In this document: positions 1 to 12,843 of the stretch, piece by piece
How the letters are laid out: each line of letters starts with the position of its first letter
How positions within the stretch are numbered: the stretch's first letter is position 1
Assembly: GCA_951406725.2 (NCBI GenBank)
Contig: OX597819.1
Coordinates: forward strand, 125,302,001-125,366,000
Direction of reading: 5' to 3'
DNA: 64,000 nt
DNA from: Octopus vulgaris
Taxonomy: Eukaryota
Position numbers and translations under genes: made by a program
Notes under the pieces: generated by a model
What the model saw: only the letters and a program-made list of their open reading frames with translations
Told to the model about the DNA's origin: nothing
Database searches by the model: none

Positions 1-838
1 TTTCGCAAATATATATATTTTCAGTGAAGTTTATTCACTGATCACCAAAATTAGAAATATTAAATTTCTAAATATCTCAGAGAGATATGAGCGGTGGTGG
101 AACGATATAGTGGTTGTATACTGTCAACTTAATGTGACAGTCTCGTAAAGGGAATCACACCACTGCTATTTAGCCCTAGGAGGCATTGATGCTTCCTGTC
201 GGCTTTGACACATTTCCTGTGTCCTTATATTATTTGAATGCTGCTTATTTTAACAACCCTGAAAAGATGAAAGGGAAAGTGCATATTTGGCAGAGTTTGA
301 ACATGGAGGGTGAAGGAATATTATTAAATACTGTGAAGCATTTAATCTGACACTCTACTGATTCTTTTTATCCAGCAAGACAAGTATATAGTAACAAAAA
401 GATTATGATGAGCATCTGAGTTTCTTAATTTAAATGTTTTACAGGTCTCTTCATTAGTTTTTTGCTTCACCAGACCAACCATTGTTATAGAAAAAGATTA
501 TTGATGACAACAAGAAGGACTGTATGATTTCCATCTGTAATATCACTTTTAAGTCAAGTTATTTATAGCATTGAAATGGATGGGTCAAATCTGTAGTCCT
601 GCTTCTTTCCATCTGTATTGAGCCTGTGCTGTCTCATTTGTAAGATATATCTCTCAAACTGATCTAATTACATCTTTCCCATGTATATAGATGTGTATGT
701 AGTATAAAAGAGGGAAAGAGAAATGAGTTCTGAAATAATATATATATATATAAGTAAATAAATGGAGTTGAAGCTACCCTGGTAACTGTTTATTGAATTT
801 TCCATGTTAACGGTAAACAAAGGATAATTCATTCATCC

Positions 839-872
<34 letters not shown>

Positions 873-1146
873 TTATCATCAACGTCATTGTTTTGCATCC
901 ATTTTTCCAAGATGACATGTTGTTAGCTAGGTCACTTTTAATACAACGTCTCTCCATTTGTCTGTCACATCAGCTCTCATTACTGCACACATCTTCACTC
1001 GGAAAGAGAAACTGTTAATGGCCAGAAGAGTTAACAGCTTTCATGCATCCATCCATCCATCCATCCATCCACCCTTCTATACATTCATGCATCCTGATAT
1101 ACAGAGAGGCAAAGGCATGTAGTTCACTTCATAACCATTTGGCTTC

Positions 1147-1500
1147 ACTTGACTTGACTTGAGGCAGCATTCATCCGGGGTGGGTTGAGCTGGCTTCATT
1201 CATCCTCAATGCTGCATCTCTCACAAACGCAGACCAGACCTGGCGATTTGAGGCTAACAACCATGTGATCTCCAACCACTCTTTATTCCAGCGGTGAACG
1301 CCGTAAATATGGGGGCCTAGGTTGGGTACCAGATCAGCCTTGACTGTCATCAGCCAGGTTTTTCGTTGTCCACCACATCACTTTCGCCAACCCTGAAGAG
1401 GAGCTGGGGCAATTGCTTCGTAGATGAATTCTTCTGGTTGACGGCATGAGGAATATTCTCCTTCAAATATTCCTCATCTACATCGCACCTTCTTCATTTG
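1147..1500 (-). mobile_element. RTE-clade (SR2-like) LINE 3' fragment with (TCAAG)n tail
   Basis: Minus strand reads GWRK*CGGQRKTWLMTVKADLV...GPHIYGVHRWNKEW...ASNRQVWSAFVRDA, a typical RTE C-terminus, and ends in tcaagtcaagtcaag. Confidence 0.7.
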
Positions 1501-3493
1501 GCTTCCAGTTACATCCCTCTGTACAGCATACCTTGGGCAAGTGTCAACCAACCAACACCTTATGACTGAAATTGATAGGCAGAAACTCTCAAAACACAAT
1601 GAATACTTCCTTTTTTTAAAATGCTTATTTTCTGGGGTTTTTTTTTTAACAAAAATTAGTAATATATAAATAAATGAAAAAATGTAATTAACTTAACTAC
1701 ATGTTTAAAAATCTGTGTCTAGAAGTTTATCACCATTAATTCTAATGGTATATCAATATCCTGTACCTTTCACAGAATAAAATAACATTCTGTCTCACAC
1801 ATTTGTTGAAATTTAAGTTCTCATATTTCTCTTGATCAGCTAAATTTGCTTTCTTTTTACACACACCCTATTTCTTCTTATTACTTCTTTTTTTCTAATC
1901 TTTCCTCTCTGTCTAACTTCCTTTTTTTAAAACACTTCATGTTTGATATTTTATCAAAAAAGTTGGGGGTTTTTTTACAAAAAAAAAATGCGTAAAATAT
2001 ATAAATAAACGAAAAGAAAAATGTAATTAATTTGTTGTTTTTCTTTAGTGAAAGCTGATAGCTTGTAATATTTTTGGTTTTTGAAAGATAGAATCTATTT
2101 TTAAGTCATTTAAAGAATAATTTTTTTTCCCTCCTTTATTTTACTATTACTATGACTTACAGTTTGTTTTTTTTAAGCAACGTGATGCAGCAACCTCGTG
2201 CAACTGCAATTTCAATGCAGGCCAATGACAAGCTTTCTTTTGAAACATAATTTTAGCAGTTTAAAAACATATCACAGAAAAATATAGAAAATAAATATAT
2301 TCTGTATATCAATTTCTCTTCAAGACCTATCTTGTACTCTAGTAAGAGCCTTTTTGAAGTTAATACATAACTTGGTGGTTGCAGCTTTATTATAAATATT
2401 TTTACAGTTGTTGTCATAGAAGTACTAATGGCTTGGTATGTTGTTGTTATTTAGCCTCTGGTTAGCCCTGATCAGGTAGAACTATGACTAAAAGCTGTCC
2501 AACCATGAACATCTCATCTATATTCAATTTCAAGTTTAGTATACTACATTGTCCAAAATGCGTTTCCAATGAAGTGTAATTTGATGGGAATTTGACTGCT
2601 ATTTCCAATAGGTCATTCTCTCTGCCAGGGTTGATATATAAGCGTGAGAATTTCAGTGTAGGATCAAGGTTGCATTACCAGCTATTATATATATACAGCT
2701 GGAATAACAAGGCCTATCTTTTTTTTCCCAGGCTTACAAATATCTAAGACTACATTATATAATGTGTCCTTTCCGTCTTTTCTTTTGTTTTTTCAAAATA
2801 TTTAAATGTGATTAGACAGAGATTTGGCTGTTATTTCTACCACACACACACAATAATAATGGAGAAACCTATGTCTATTGGTGAAATTTTGCTTGATTCC
2901 ATATTTGAAGTCACTCACTAACGAAGTGTCTAAGAACCTATTTTTTGTAAGAGTAAGTTTTAAGACCAAGAATATTAATTAATATAAATTAGAAGAATTA
3001 AAAACTCATTATTCTTCCATCATAGGTTTCTATGCACTTGAAATTATTTCCATGTACTTAAAACAGATTTTCTTACCAATATAGAGATGATGATAAGGGT
3101 GTTGGCAAGTGTGATGATGATGTTAGTGGTGGTGGTGTCACCAGGGGCAATGGTGGCAGCAATGATGATGATGATGATGATGATGAAATCTGGTTTAAAG
3201 TTAAGTTCTGGATTGACAGCCTGTTAATCTCCTCTAAATTCCAACTTGTACCTGCTTCTTCTAGTAGCAGTCAGCATGACCATGGTATCTGTGTTATATA
3301 GATTGGTTAAACTAGCAAAATTGCTTTGATTATGAGCGCAGGATATGATTATTGACCTTAGCTGGTGGACACATAACATTGATTAGCTCTCTCTCTCCCT
3401 CACTCTCTCACTGTGTGTGTATGTGTGTATGCACATGTATGCCTGTGTGCATACATGTTTCATATACTTGTTTTCATATACATTCACTCCTTT

Positions 3494-3730
3494 CTTCCAA
3501 TGAATCTAATGCTCTTAGCTTAGTTTTTCCTTGGGGCTGGCCAGATTGGAGCAATCTCGAATATAACCAGCTGAAATTGCAAAGATAATCTGGAACTTTA
3601 CTGAGGAAAGAAAATTCCAAATGACCTGTCCTTGTTTTCTTTGTATCATCTCTCTGGATGTTTTGTTGTCCCTTTCTTGTATCACCTAACTATCTGGATG
3701 TTTTGCATTCTTGTCCTATTTTGTATTTAT
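3494..3730. repeat. Unclassified interspersed repeat, second copy at ~29790-30040 (possibly a PLE end)
   Basis: Shares aatctaatgctcttagcttagtttttccttggggctggccagattggagcaatctc with 29870-29925; both copies abut (TA)n. Confidence 0.7.
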
Positions 3731-3747
3731 ATATATAGAGAGAGCAA

Positions 3748-3794
<47 letters not shown>

Positions 3795-4232
3795 TTATAT
3801 AATGTGAGATAAGTTTCACTTTTAATAGTTTCACTATGTATATATTATATATTATATACAGAGTGAAAGTATTGAAATGAAACTATTACAACTGAAACTA
3901 TTATCTCACATTACAATAGAGATGTTATTGTTTCACTTTTGATGTGTAATACCAAAACAGTCTAAGAGATTGCTTCAGGCTCACATTAGACAAGAAGTTG
4001 AAAATATTTTTTGAATGATGACACTCTATGGACCCTAAATAATGTATTTATAAAATTTGAATGAAATCAGTTGGGTAGTTCTCGAGTTTTAGTGATGCTC
4101 ACATACAGACAGACAGACACACACACATTCTCATTTTTATATTTATAGATAATAGGGAAGGCTGGTTTATGGTGTAACTACTCTACATCTTAGGGTGTGT
4201 TTCTCCTCTGAATTTGTGTATTTCTACAAACA

Positions 4233-4290
<58 letters not shown>

Positions 4291-4461
4291 ATACTGTTAT
4301 TAATATCATTACTTTATTTTTATACTTTCTAAACTTTCCTGTATTTTCTGGTCTTTCCCTTTGTCGTCTCTTCCTTCTCTGGATGTCCTTACTCTGTTTT
4401 CTCTAGTCTGATCGTTAGCCACTACACACATTTTTTTTCTCTCCTTGTTTTTTCTGTGTCC

Positions 4462-4497
4462 CTTTCTGTAGAAGAGCGTAGGCTCGAAACGTAAAAG
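4462..4497 (+). ncRNA. Degenerate minimal type I hammerhead ribozyme motif in a probable PLE 3' relic (~4320-4590)
   Basis: CTTT-CTGTAGA-A-GAGC(GTAG)GCTC-GAAA-CG-TA-AAAG; stems I and II pair, but core A6 is T. Confidence 0.5.
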
Positions 4498-4737
4498 ACT
4501 TTTTTCTATTCCTGAGCGTTATACTAATACATCTGTTTGTTTTGTACACCACCTGTCTTCATCTTTTGTTTTTTCATGAACTCTCCCTATATATCTATGA
4601 TTTGCCTAATAGTGGTTTTATCTCTAATTTAATATAATATATGTATATATGGCCACAGCTAGTGAGCTGAAACTAGATAAATAAAAAATTTAAAAAATAA
4701 AAATAATATATATATATACATATAATATATATATATA

Positions 4738-4787
<50 letters not shown>

Positions 4788-4790
<3 letters not shown>

Positions 4791-5128
4791 CCGTTTGCCA
4801 GCTCTGTCTGGCCCCGTGTCGGTGGCACGTAAAAGCACCATCCGTTCGTGTCCGTTGCCAGCATCGCCTGGCCCCGTGCCGGTGACACGTAAAAGCACCA
4901 TCTGTTCGTGGCCGTTCGCCAGCACTGTCTGGCACCTGTGCAGGTGGCACGTAAAAAACACCCACTACACTCGCGGAGTGGTTGGCGTTAGGAAGGGCAT
5001 CCAGCCGTAGAAACACTGCCAGATCTGACTGGGCCTGACGAAGCCTTCCAGCTTCACAGACCCCAGTTGACCCGTCCAACCCATGCTAGCATGGAAAGCG
5101 GACGCTAAACGATGATGATGATGATGAT
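4788..5128 (+). mobile_element. RTE-LINE 3' end / RTE-tail repeat with internal tandem units and (GAT)n tail
   Basis: Repeated gtggcacgtaaaagcacc units, then ggttggcgttaggaagggcatccagc...catgctagcatggaaagcggacg..aaacgatgatg; same tail follows RTE coding sequence at 24300 and 60845. Confidence 0.85.
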
Positions 5129-5787
5129 ACACATATGTATGTATGTATATATAAAGGGTTATATAAATATCCAGTGTATAGTTTCAGTTAAAAATTGAAC
5201 TGATTGGTGAGCATAAAACAAAACCTGCTGCTGATTGGCAAGAAATACGTGAGAAGTGGCTTCTGAAAGAACAGATGGCAGATCAAAGATGGTAACATTT
5301 GAATTTGCCAGCTGATTGTAGTGAGATTCCATGGGAAGAAGGTTAAGGCAGAGAAAATGTATAACAAATGAATGCTAATGATATTTTTCTCATCTATTAA
5401 GAGTGTGTGTGTGTTGCTTTTTTGTTGTTGTCAGGATCAACTCTGAATGAGAAATTCTATGATTGGAGGCGTTATATCCTGTCTCCATTAGCTAATGTTT
5501 CATTTCCTTTCTAAAACAGTAGGGTGTGATTTGAGCAGAAATTAAGCTGTTATTTCTTATTGGCTGACCAGCTGCATCGAGGCTCCCTCTGTTGCTCGTT
5601 TCATTGTTTTAAATGCAGCTGTCATTTTTATTAAAGCTGTGATATTCTAATTTATATAATTTTACTAAACAGTCATTTCATGAGAATTTAGGATAATGTG
5701 ACGTCTGCACCATCAGCTGAGGTTAAAAACAACTTTGGTTTAAAGAAGACAAATTCTTTGCATGAGTGAAACATATAATGACCCAGT

Positions 5788-5840
5788 TCAGTGAGATTCG
5801 TGGCAGTCGCAACCATATAGCGATGTAGTAATGTATATAT
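5788..5840 (-). CDS. Candidate terminal coding exon of Spaetzle/neurotrophin-like cystine-knot gene: (D)IYITTSLYGCDCHESH*
   Basis: Acceptor atacag at 5841-5846 with weak pyrimidine tract; phase 1 matches the donor at 10192; C-terminal CxC then TGA; AATAAA on - at 5627-5632. Confidence 0.6.
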
Positions 5841-6078
5841 CTGTATATGTGCAAGTATGTGTGTATTGTATGTTTTCAATGTAATTGAATAATGATTGTT
5901 TGCGTAGTCACAAGTCTCGAATTTATAGGAGAGGAGGTGATGTGGGAAGGAGTGATGGTCATACTTTATTTATGACTCTTAATGCTGGCGAAATGAAGTC
6001 AAATGTTTACAACTGGGAATGGGGGTGAAAAGTAAGTGCGGGTGTGTGTGTGTATACATACACACACAGAGAGAAAAA

Positions 6079-6114
<36 letters not shown>

Positions 6115-6383
6115 AGCAATGAATAGTCTGACGAAACCGCGGTATGCATGCATCTCTTCAATACTCTCATAATAATTTATACGCACTTTTTGACAAGTTG
6201 TAGTGCACCAGAGCTCTGTATACAATAATTTCATTATTATTAGTATTATTATTGTTATTGTTATTATTATTATTATTGGGCTAAGAACATTAAAAAACAA
6301 TATAGTTACGGAGATGTACTTGCATAGCGAGTGACTTGATCTGAGATCGTGTGCTGGAACGAAAACAATTGCAGTGTGGAAGG

Positions 6384-6450
6384 TGTCTATAAGCCATTTA
6401 AGAAACACACAAAAACGGTTTCTGTGTGTTTCTTAAATGGCTTATAGACA
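6384..6450. repeat. Perfect 27-bp-arm inverted repeat at the end of a repeat also present at ~57425-57490
   Basis: tgtctataagccatttaagaaacacac / gtgtgtttcttaaatggcttatagaca. Confidence 0.85.
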
Positions 6451-6804
6451 ATATAGTGCTTCAGTGTGTCTAAACTAAAGATTCTCAGAATGGCCAGTCA
6501 GTGCAACCATCATCACTGGTACCCAATTTCACTTTATGAGTGAAAAATTATTTCAGTTTCCCACTAGTGACAACATTAAGCAGACAAAAGAGAAAGAGGG
6601 ATGACATTGATAACAATGACAACACTAATTGCCAGAGTACTTTCTAGTGAGAACACAATGAGAAGAAATAAAAATTATTATATTTGTGATGTGTGTGGTA
6701 GGGATGGGGGATGATGTGGATGGTAGAATGCCATAAACCATATGCTGGCCAGCAGAAGGATTCTGGTGACCTCAGAATATGATATGCGGAAGCATAAAGA
6801 GAAG

Positions 6805-7015
6805 CAAGCTGGCAGAAACGTTAGCATGCCGGGCGAAATGCGTAGCCGTATTTTGTCTGCTGTTACATTCTGAGTTCAAATTCTGCCAAGGTCGACTTTG
6901 CCTTTCATCCTTTTGGGGTCGATAAAGTAAGTACCAGTTACGCACTGGGGTCAATGTAATCGACTTAATCCCTTTGTCTGTCCTTGTTTAGCCCCTTGTG
7001 AGCAATAAAGAAATA
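6805..7015 (+). mobile_element. tRNA-derived SINE family B (Nin/Deu-like central domain)
   Basis: agctggcagaaacgttagc head, gagttcaaattc B box, gactttgcctttcatcct..ggggtcgataaa..agtaccag core, AAAGAAATA end; imperfect TSD ggaa.cataaagagaa. Confidence 0.85.
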
Positions 7016-7293
7016 GGAAACATAAAGAGAAAAGAAAAAAGAGGGGTAAAGTTGATAGGGAGGCTGGGTGTGCCTTAAACAGTTCAGGCAGAAACCAAGA
7101 ATTTAGAATTTAACTGAATAGTGGTTAAGAAATTTATGAACTCTGTTAGCTTTGAATGTCATTCAAAACTAACATGTACTGACTGACCATTCTGGGAATC
7201 TTTAGTCCAGGTACACTGATTTACTATATATTATCTCTTCCTCATTTACTAATGTTCTTAGAGACCCCACCACCATCTTCTTCTTCCTACACG

Positions 7294-7455
7294 ATCATCA
7301 TCATCATCGTTTAACGTCCGTTTTCCATGCTAGCACAGGTTGGACCGTTTGACCAGGGTCTGGGAAGCCAGGAGGCTGCACCAGGCTCCAGTCTGATCTG
7401 GCAGTGTTTCTACAGCTGGATGCCCTTCCTAACGCCAACCACTCCGTGAGTGTAG
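7294..7455 (-). mobile_element. RTE-tail repeat, truncated
   Basis: (CAT)n-cgtttaacgtccgttttccatgctagc...ggatgcccttcctaacgccaacc. Confidence 0.85.
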
Positions 7456-7727
7456 CTTAATTTGAACTCAGAACGCAAGGATGAACCAAATGCCGCTAAA
7501 TATTTTGCTCGGCGTGGTAACGATTCCGCCAGATTGCCACCTTTGATCTTTATACCAATTTTTCATCCTCTAACCATACTTGTATTTACTTTTTCTTTCC
7601 TCCTATTATTAGCAAAATAGCGGTGTCTGGAAGACACACAATGTAAGAACACAGCTTTGATGCAAATCTGAGGAAGTGCCATTCTAATGCCTAAAACTGC
7701 AAACATTATTTTAATTTTCAGTTTGAA

Positions 7728-8113
7728 TCTCTCTCTATATAAACGGCTGTTTGTCTGTGTGTGTTTCTGTGTGTCTGTTTGGTTGTACCCTCACTCTGAC
7801 CACGGCTTTCAACCGATTCTGATGAAACTTGACACACACATAGCCCAATGTCATAATTCAAAACTAACGCAGCGAAAATTTTGAAAAGTTCCCCCAGTTC
7901 TGAAAAAGATCGATAAATTCGACATGGGGTCGACAATCAGAAACACAAACCACAGATGGTCTAGGGGACGCAACTCAACCTTTTTAACTATCAAAAAAAA
8001 ATTTACCATCATTTTCCCCCCCATTTTTTTGCTATTTTTTGGCTATAACTCTCTAAAAATGCTTTATAGTTATTTCCCTTACAAACCCAAGCAACGCCGG
8101 GCGATACTGCTAG
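7728..8113 (+). mobile_element. Non-autonomous Helitron
   Basis: Begins TC after A, ends CTAG before T, GC-rich subterminal hairpin (cccaagcaacgccggg), no TSD, 5' tgtctg microsatellite. Confidence 0.75.
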
Positions 8114-8214
8114 TATTGCATAAACTGTCGTTGCAAACAGATTTGTTCAGAAACAATTGAAACAAATTATTAAAGATGTGTTAAAGCGTTTCTTTGTCTT
8201 ATTATTTGAAGTAT

Positions 8215-8612
8215 AGGCGCAGGAGTGGCTGTGTGGTAAGTAGCTTGCTAACCAACCACATGGTTCCGGGTTCAGTCTCACTGCGTGGCATCTTGGGCAA
8301 GTGTCTTCTGCTATAGCCTCGGGCCGACCAATGCCGTGTGAGTGGATTTGGTAGACGGAAACTGAAAGAAGCCTGTCGTATATATGTGTATATATGTATA
8401 TGTTTGTGTATCTGTGTTTGTCCCCCTAGCATTGCTTGACAACCGATGCTGGTGTGTTTATGTCCCCGTTACTTAGCGGTTCGGCAAAAGAGACCGATAG
8501 AATAAGTACTGGGCTTACAAAAGAATAAGTCCCGGGGTCGAGTTGCTCGACTAAAGGCGGTGCTCCAGCATGGCCGCAGTCAAATGATTGAAACAAGTAA
8601 AAGAGTAAAAGA
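8215..8612 (+). mobile_element. tRNA-derived SINE family A, full length
   Basis: A box tggctgtgtggtaag, B box ggttcagtc, core cttgggcaagtg, internal (TA/TG)n, tail aaacaagtaaaagagtaaaagag. Confidence 0.9.
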
Positions 8613-9015
8613 GTATAGTTTACTCTTTGCCACACCCAGACAACGGTTTTACCATTGTGAAACCAGGATTTTCTACACTTGAAGAATTTCAGTACCGCGT
8701 CGCCTTCGTTGCCGCATCACATGAGTCTACTCAGTAAATTATGGTGTAAGTGACTGAGTATTCCATTGACTTTTTATATGTTTAACATAATCTTCAGGTA
8801 GTCTTATGCTACCTTATTTGATAAAGCTGACCATTTGAATTAGAGGTACATATCACTCAAAATGTTTGCACACAGTTTCTATCCATTTTTACTCATAAAA
8901 CTTTAGTCTAAACAAAACTATAATTAAATACATGCTTAAAATGCTGCATAGTGAACTGAACTTTTAGACCATTCAGCTATGCATGTGCTATTTTGTATGT
9001 ATATTCACACACACT

Positions 9016-9056
<41 letters not shown>

Positions 9057-9156
9057 TCATCATCGTTTAACGTCCGTTCTCCATGCTAGCATGGGGTGGA
9101 CGGTTCGACCGGGGATCTGGGAAGCCAGAAGGCTGCACCAGGCTCCGGTCTTAGCC

Positions 9157-9187
<31 letters not shown>

Positions 9188-9575
9188 CATACATACACAT
9201 ACAATTAGCATGATTCAACTTTTAATTTCAAAACTATATTGAGGTTATGCAACAATAACGTATCAGATCACGCAGTGTGTTGCAAGTACTTAGTGTCTAA
9301 TATCATATCAAAGGGTGTGGTAATTACATTGATAACACATCTCAAATTCCTCTATTACTCACTGGCCACCAGTTGGGAAGTATTTTCATAGTAACCAAAT
9401 AACTTAATACTACCCCCATTTTAAATTCTAGTATATTTATGGCAAAAGGGGGAAACCAAGGAGGAAGAAGTTAGAGAAGAACTTCATGATGAAGTTTACA
9501 AGTTCAAAGAAGGTTGCATTCAGATGTAAATGCTGGGAATTATTTAATAATTTTCATTTAACTATTCTAACTATA

Positions 9576-10000
9576 TCATCGTCGTTGTTGTTTAACGTCC
9601 GCTTTCCATGCTAGCATGGGTTGGACGATTTTGACTGAGGGCTGGCGAGCCAGATGGCTTCACCAGGTTCCAATCTTGATCTGGCAGAGTTTCTACAGCT
9701 GGATGCCCTTCCTAACGCCAACCACTCCGAGAGTGTAGTAGGTGCTTTTTACGTGCCACCGGCACGGGGGCCAGTCAGGCAGTACTGGCAATGACCTCGC
9801 TCAAATCTTTTTAGACGTGCCACTGGCACAGGTGCCAGTGAAGCAATGTTGGTAACGATCACGCTCAAGTGGTGCTCTTTTACGAAAGGATGAAAGGCAA
9901 AGTCGACCTTGGCAGAATTTGAACTCAGAACGTAACGGCAGACGAAATAACGCAAAGCATTTTGCCCGGCGTGCTAACGGTTCTGCCAGCTCGCCGCCTT
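9576..10000 (-). mobile_element. RTE-tail repeat fused to the 5' half of SINE B
   Basis: RTE tail 9576-9880 directly joined to SINE B head and core 9884-10000. Confidence 0.8.
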
Positions 10001-10192
10001 CTATCACATACCATTTCTCTTGATTTCCTCTCATACTCCCTCATTTTTGCAACCATATTTTTCACCTCCTCCACTTCCTTCTCTTTTCTTACCATTACAT
10101 TCTTTATTTTATTATTTCTACTGTCTTGTGGATGTTTATTTCCTCAGTCCATTTCCCTTATGCTCATGATTGTTTATATATAAACAGCGTAC

Positions 10193-10395
10193 CATAGTGG
10201 CTGTTATCAATTTGATCCCTGCACACTACAGAGATGCTCTTTTCTGTAACCATTTGACTGCATATGTTTGAACCGTGGAAGATCAATTTTATCATTTTGC
10301 AAAGAGCCTGAATTGGTACTTTGAACAATTCACTGATGACAGCTAATTCACAATCATTCCTCTGTTCTATCTCATCTTGTGTATATTTGATAATC
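10193..10395 (-). CDS. Candidate exon encoding the core of a Spaetzle/neurotrophin-like cystine knot
   Basis: Strong tract ttttcctttttttcttcctaacagcacaatgcag (alternative AG 10 nt upstream); open frame (R)IIKYTQDEIEQRNDCELAVISELFKVPIQALCKMIKLIFHGSNICSQMVTEKSISVVCRDQIDNSHY; donor TATG|gtacgc; phases 2/1. Confidence 0.7.
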
Positions 10396-11339
10396 CTGCA
10401 TTGTGCTGTTAGGAAGAAAAAAAGGAAAATGCCTAAAATTACTGCATATGTACTGTACAGATTCTTCTCAAAGATTTTGATAATTTGCAACGTTGTTGAG
10501 TTAGAGCAACTTTTGCACAAGAGATAAATTAATTTGATTTTGTTCAATATTTTTCTATGAATGTAACAAGGTACTTGACTTTTGATTTAAATTTTTGATG
10601 GCTTCTTCACAAAGAGAATGGTGATTGACAATGTCAGCACCAAAGACTGAATCTAAATAATACCAATTTCCTCTTTAGAAATCTGTTTCTCTAGCTTCAT
10701 GATAAATGAGTAGGTTAAATAAGTCGCTCTGTGATGTTACTATTAATTCTCTGAGTTTTCAAATCGGTCAATGACAGCTAGTCCATTGTACTAAACTTAC
10801 AAAAATATGAACTAATGACAAAGTTAGCTTGTTTGTAGATTCTCTGGTATTATCAACAAATATTTTTAAAAAGTATGATACTTACATACGTAATCACACT
10901 CTCTGCACCACAAACATTTGAAGCCAATTTGGTGATTAAGTAATTAAGTAAATTAATCCATTTTATATATGTAATTATATTTTTGCCTTCCTGTGATGAC
11001 TATTTGGTGTTAAACTATTGTTTTAACCCATGTATATCTTCAGGGCAAGACTATAATACAAAATAGTTATTTCAGGCAATAGCATAAAAAAACAGAAAGC
11101 AATTACATCAGAGAGAAACCATTTTGGTCATCAAAGAACAAAAACATGTGATCACTTCAACATGACACACCGTCCACCTGTTTAGGCAATGTCAACTTGG
11201 AGGGAGTGAGCTAATGTACAGTACATAAATTTGGTCACTGAACAAATCATTTGTGCAGGTTATTCAACAGAAGCTGAACATTCATACATCATCAATAGGA
11301 GAGTCCATCATATATATATATATGTATATATATTAAAGT

Positions 11340-11900
11340 TAGATAAGACCAGTTTATGGGATTACCTATGGGGATTTCGCATCCATAAAGGACTTGATAT
11401 GGCATATCATCAGATCCCAAACCATGTTGGCTAAGGGCCTCTCTAGAATATGGAGGAGGAAATGACCACATTATTCAATGTCAACAAAGGGGGTTGTGTT
11501 CCTTTGGTTATTGATCGCCAGTGGCCCTGTTATCCAATGGGTTCCAATACGCTAGCAGGAATTTCCTGAAATGTAAGCGCAGTCCAAAGACCTCCATTCT
11601 GGAGTTCAGGATGTTTCCTGGTTTGAGGGAATCCTTTAGGATTCTTATCCATTTCACTATGCGTAATTTACAGCGGTTGATCCCGTTCATGTAGGGGCCT
11701 GGATTCTCTTGAATTCTCCATGATATTCTGTATGGAACCCCATTGTCTATTAGCTACCATACATGGCTGGCTAATGACATGATGAATCTCCTTTGCAATA
11801 TCCTGAAGGAGGATCTGTAGTTGGAAAGGCATTGTTTGAATGAGTTCCCAGAACAGCCAATGTATCTCTTTTTACAGGTGCTTTCCTTTGCTAGGGGCTT
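11340..11900 (-). mobile_element. Penelope-like element 3' fragment (GIY-YIG endonuclease relic plus hammerhead)
   Basis: RYIGCSGNSFKQCLSNYRSSFR...SLASHVW and NRCKL...NILNSRMEVFG.RLHFRKFLL match PLE GIY-YIG C-termini; contains a stop; followed by a hammerhead. Confidence 0.8.
11357..11419 (-). ncRNA. Type I hammerhead ribozyme at the 3' end of a PLE
   Basis: Minus strand TGGGAT-CTGATGA-(stem II with CCATA/TATGG)-GAAA-TCCCCATAGG-TA-ATCCCA: intact core, 6-bp stem I, GUA cleavage triplet. Confidence 0.8.
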
Positions 11901-12039
11901 CACTGGTGTTAGCATCATTTTGCATGCCAGGAAAACCGTGCTGTTCAACAAAGGTGCTATACCTGAACTGTGCAGTATCCTGTGACAGTAAGACATTATT
12001 TCACACTAGCTGAAAATGAGTACCACCCAAATGTTGGTT

Positions 12040-12040
<1 letters not shown>

Positions 12041-12086
<46 letters not shown>

Positions 12087-12208
12087 ATGTGAGTGTGTAT
12101 GTGAGTGTGTGTGTGTGTGTGTGTGCATGTGTGTGTGTGTGTGCATGTGTGTGTGTGTGTGTACATGTGAGTGTGTGTGTGTGTACATGTGAGTGTGTGT
12201 GTGTGTGT
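12041..12208. repeat. Interrupted (TG)n microsatellite
   Basis: Directly visible. Confidence 0.95.
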
Positions 12209-12397
12209 AATAGGAAATATACACTAGGAGTGTGACAAAGCAGTCTGACCTCTCTGTCTCCACATTTCGTTCAACTTCTATAATTTCCCATACCAACACA
12301 GTTGGTTTTTCATATTGTTTATGCCACTAAATACAATGGTTGTTATAGAAGAACCTCCTTCTCATCTCATCTTCTCCACTTCCACTGGTTACCTTGT

Positions 12398-12760
12398 ATC
12401 ATCATCATCATCATTTAGCGTCCGCTTTCCATGCTAGCATGGGTTGGACGGTTCAACTGGGGTCTGTGAAGCCGGAAGGCTGCATCAGGCTTCAGTCAGA
12501 TCTGGCAGTGTTTCTACGGCTGGATGCCCTTCCTAACGCCAACCACTCCGTGAGTGTAGTGGGTGCTTTTTACGTGCCACCCGCACAGGTGCCAGATGGA
12601 GCTGGCAAACGGCCACGAACGGATGGTGCTTTTACGTGCCACCAGAACGGGGGCCAGGCAAGGCTGGCAGCGGACACGAACGGATGGTGCTTTTACGTGC
12701 CACCGGCACGGAGGCCAGACAGGGCGGCGCCGGCAATGGCCATGATCGGATGGCGCCGCA
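12398..12760 (-). mobile_element. RTE-tail repeat
   Basis: Same tail and internal tandem units as 4788-5128. Confidence 0.85.
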
Positions 12761-12843
12761 CCGTCTTGTATCTCTCAAGTATTTACATAAGATGCCTGCG
12801 TGTTTGTAATTCAGATTTTGACCCTAAAACAAAATATATTCAC

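Noticed and set aside
3916-4150. Second Helitron-like element on the minus strand
   Set aside because: The 5' end looks Helitron-like, but no 3' hairpin/CTAG could be identified.
6127-6145. Hammerhead-like ctgacgaaaccgcggta
   Set aside because: No stem II, overlapping core halves and no stem I pairing.
11420-11545. SECIS element in the PLE 3' region
   Set aside because: No AUGA/GA quartet hairpin seen on the minus strand.
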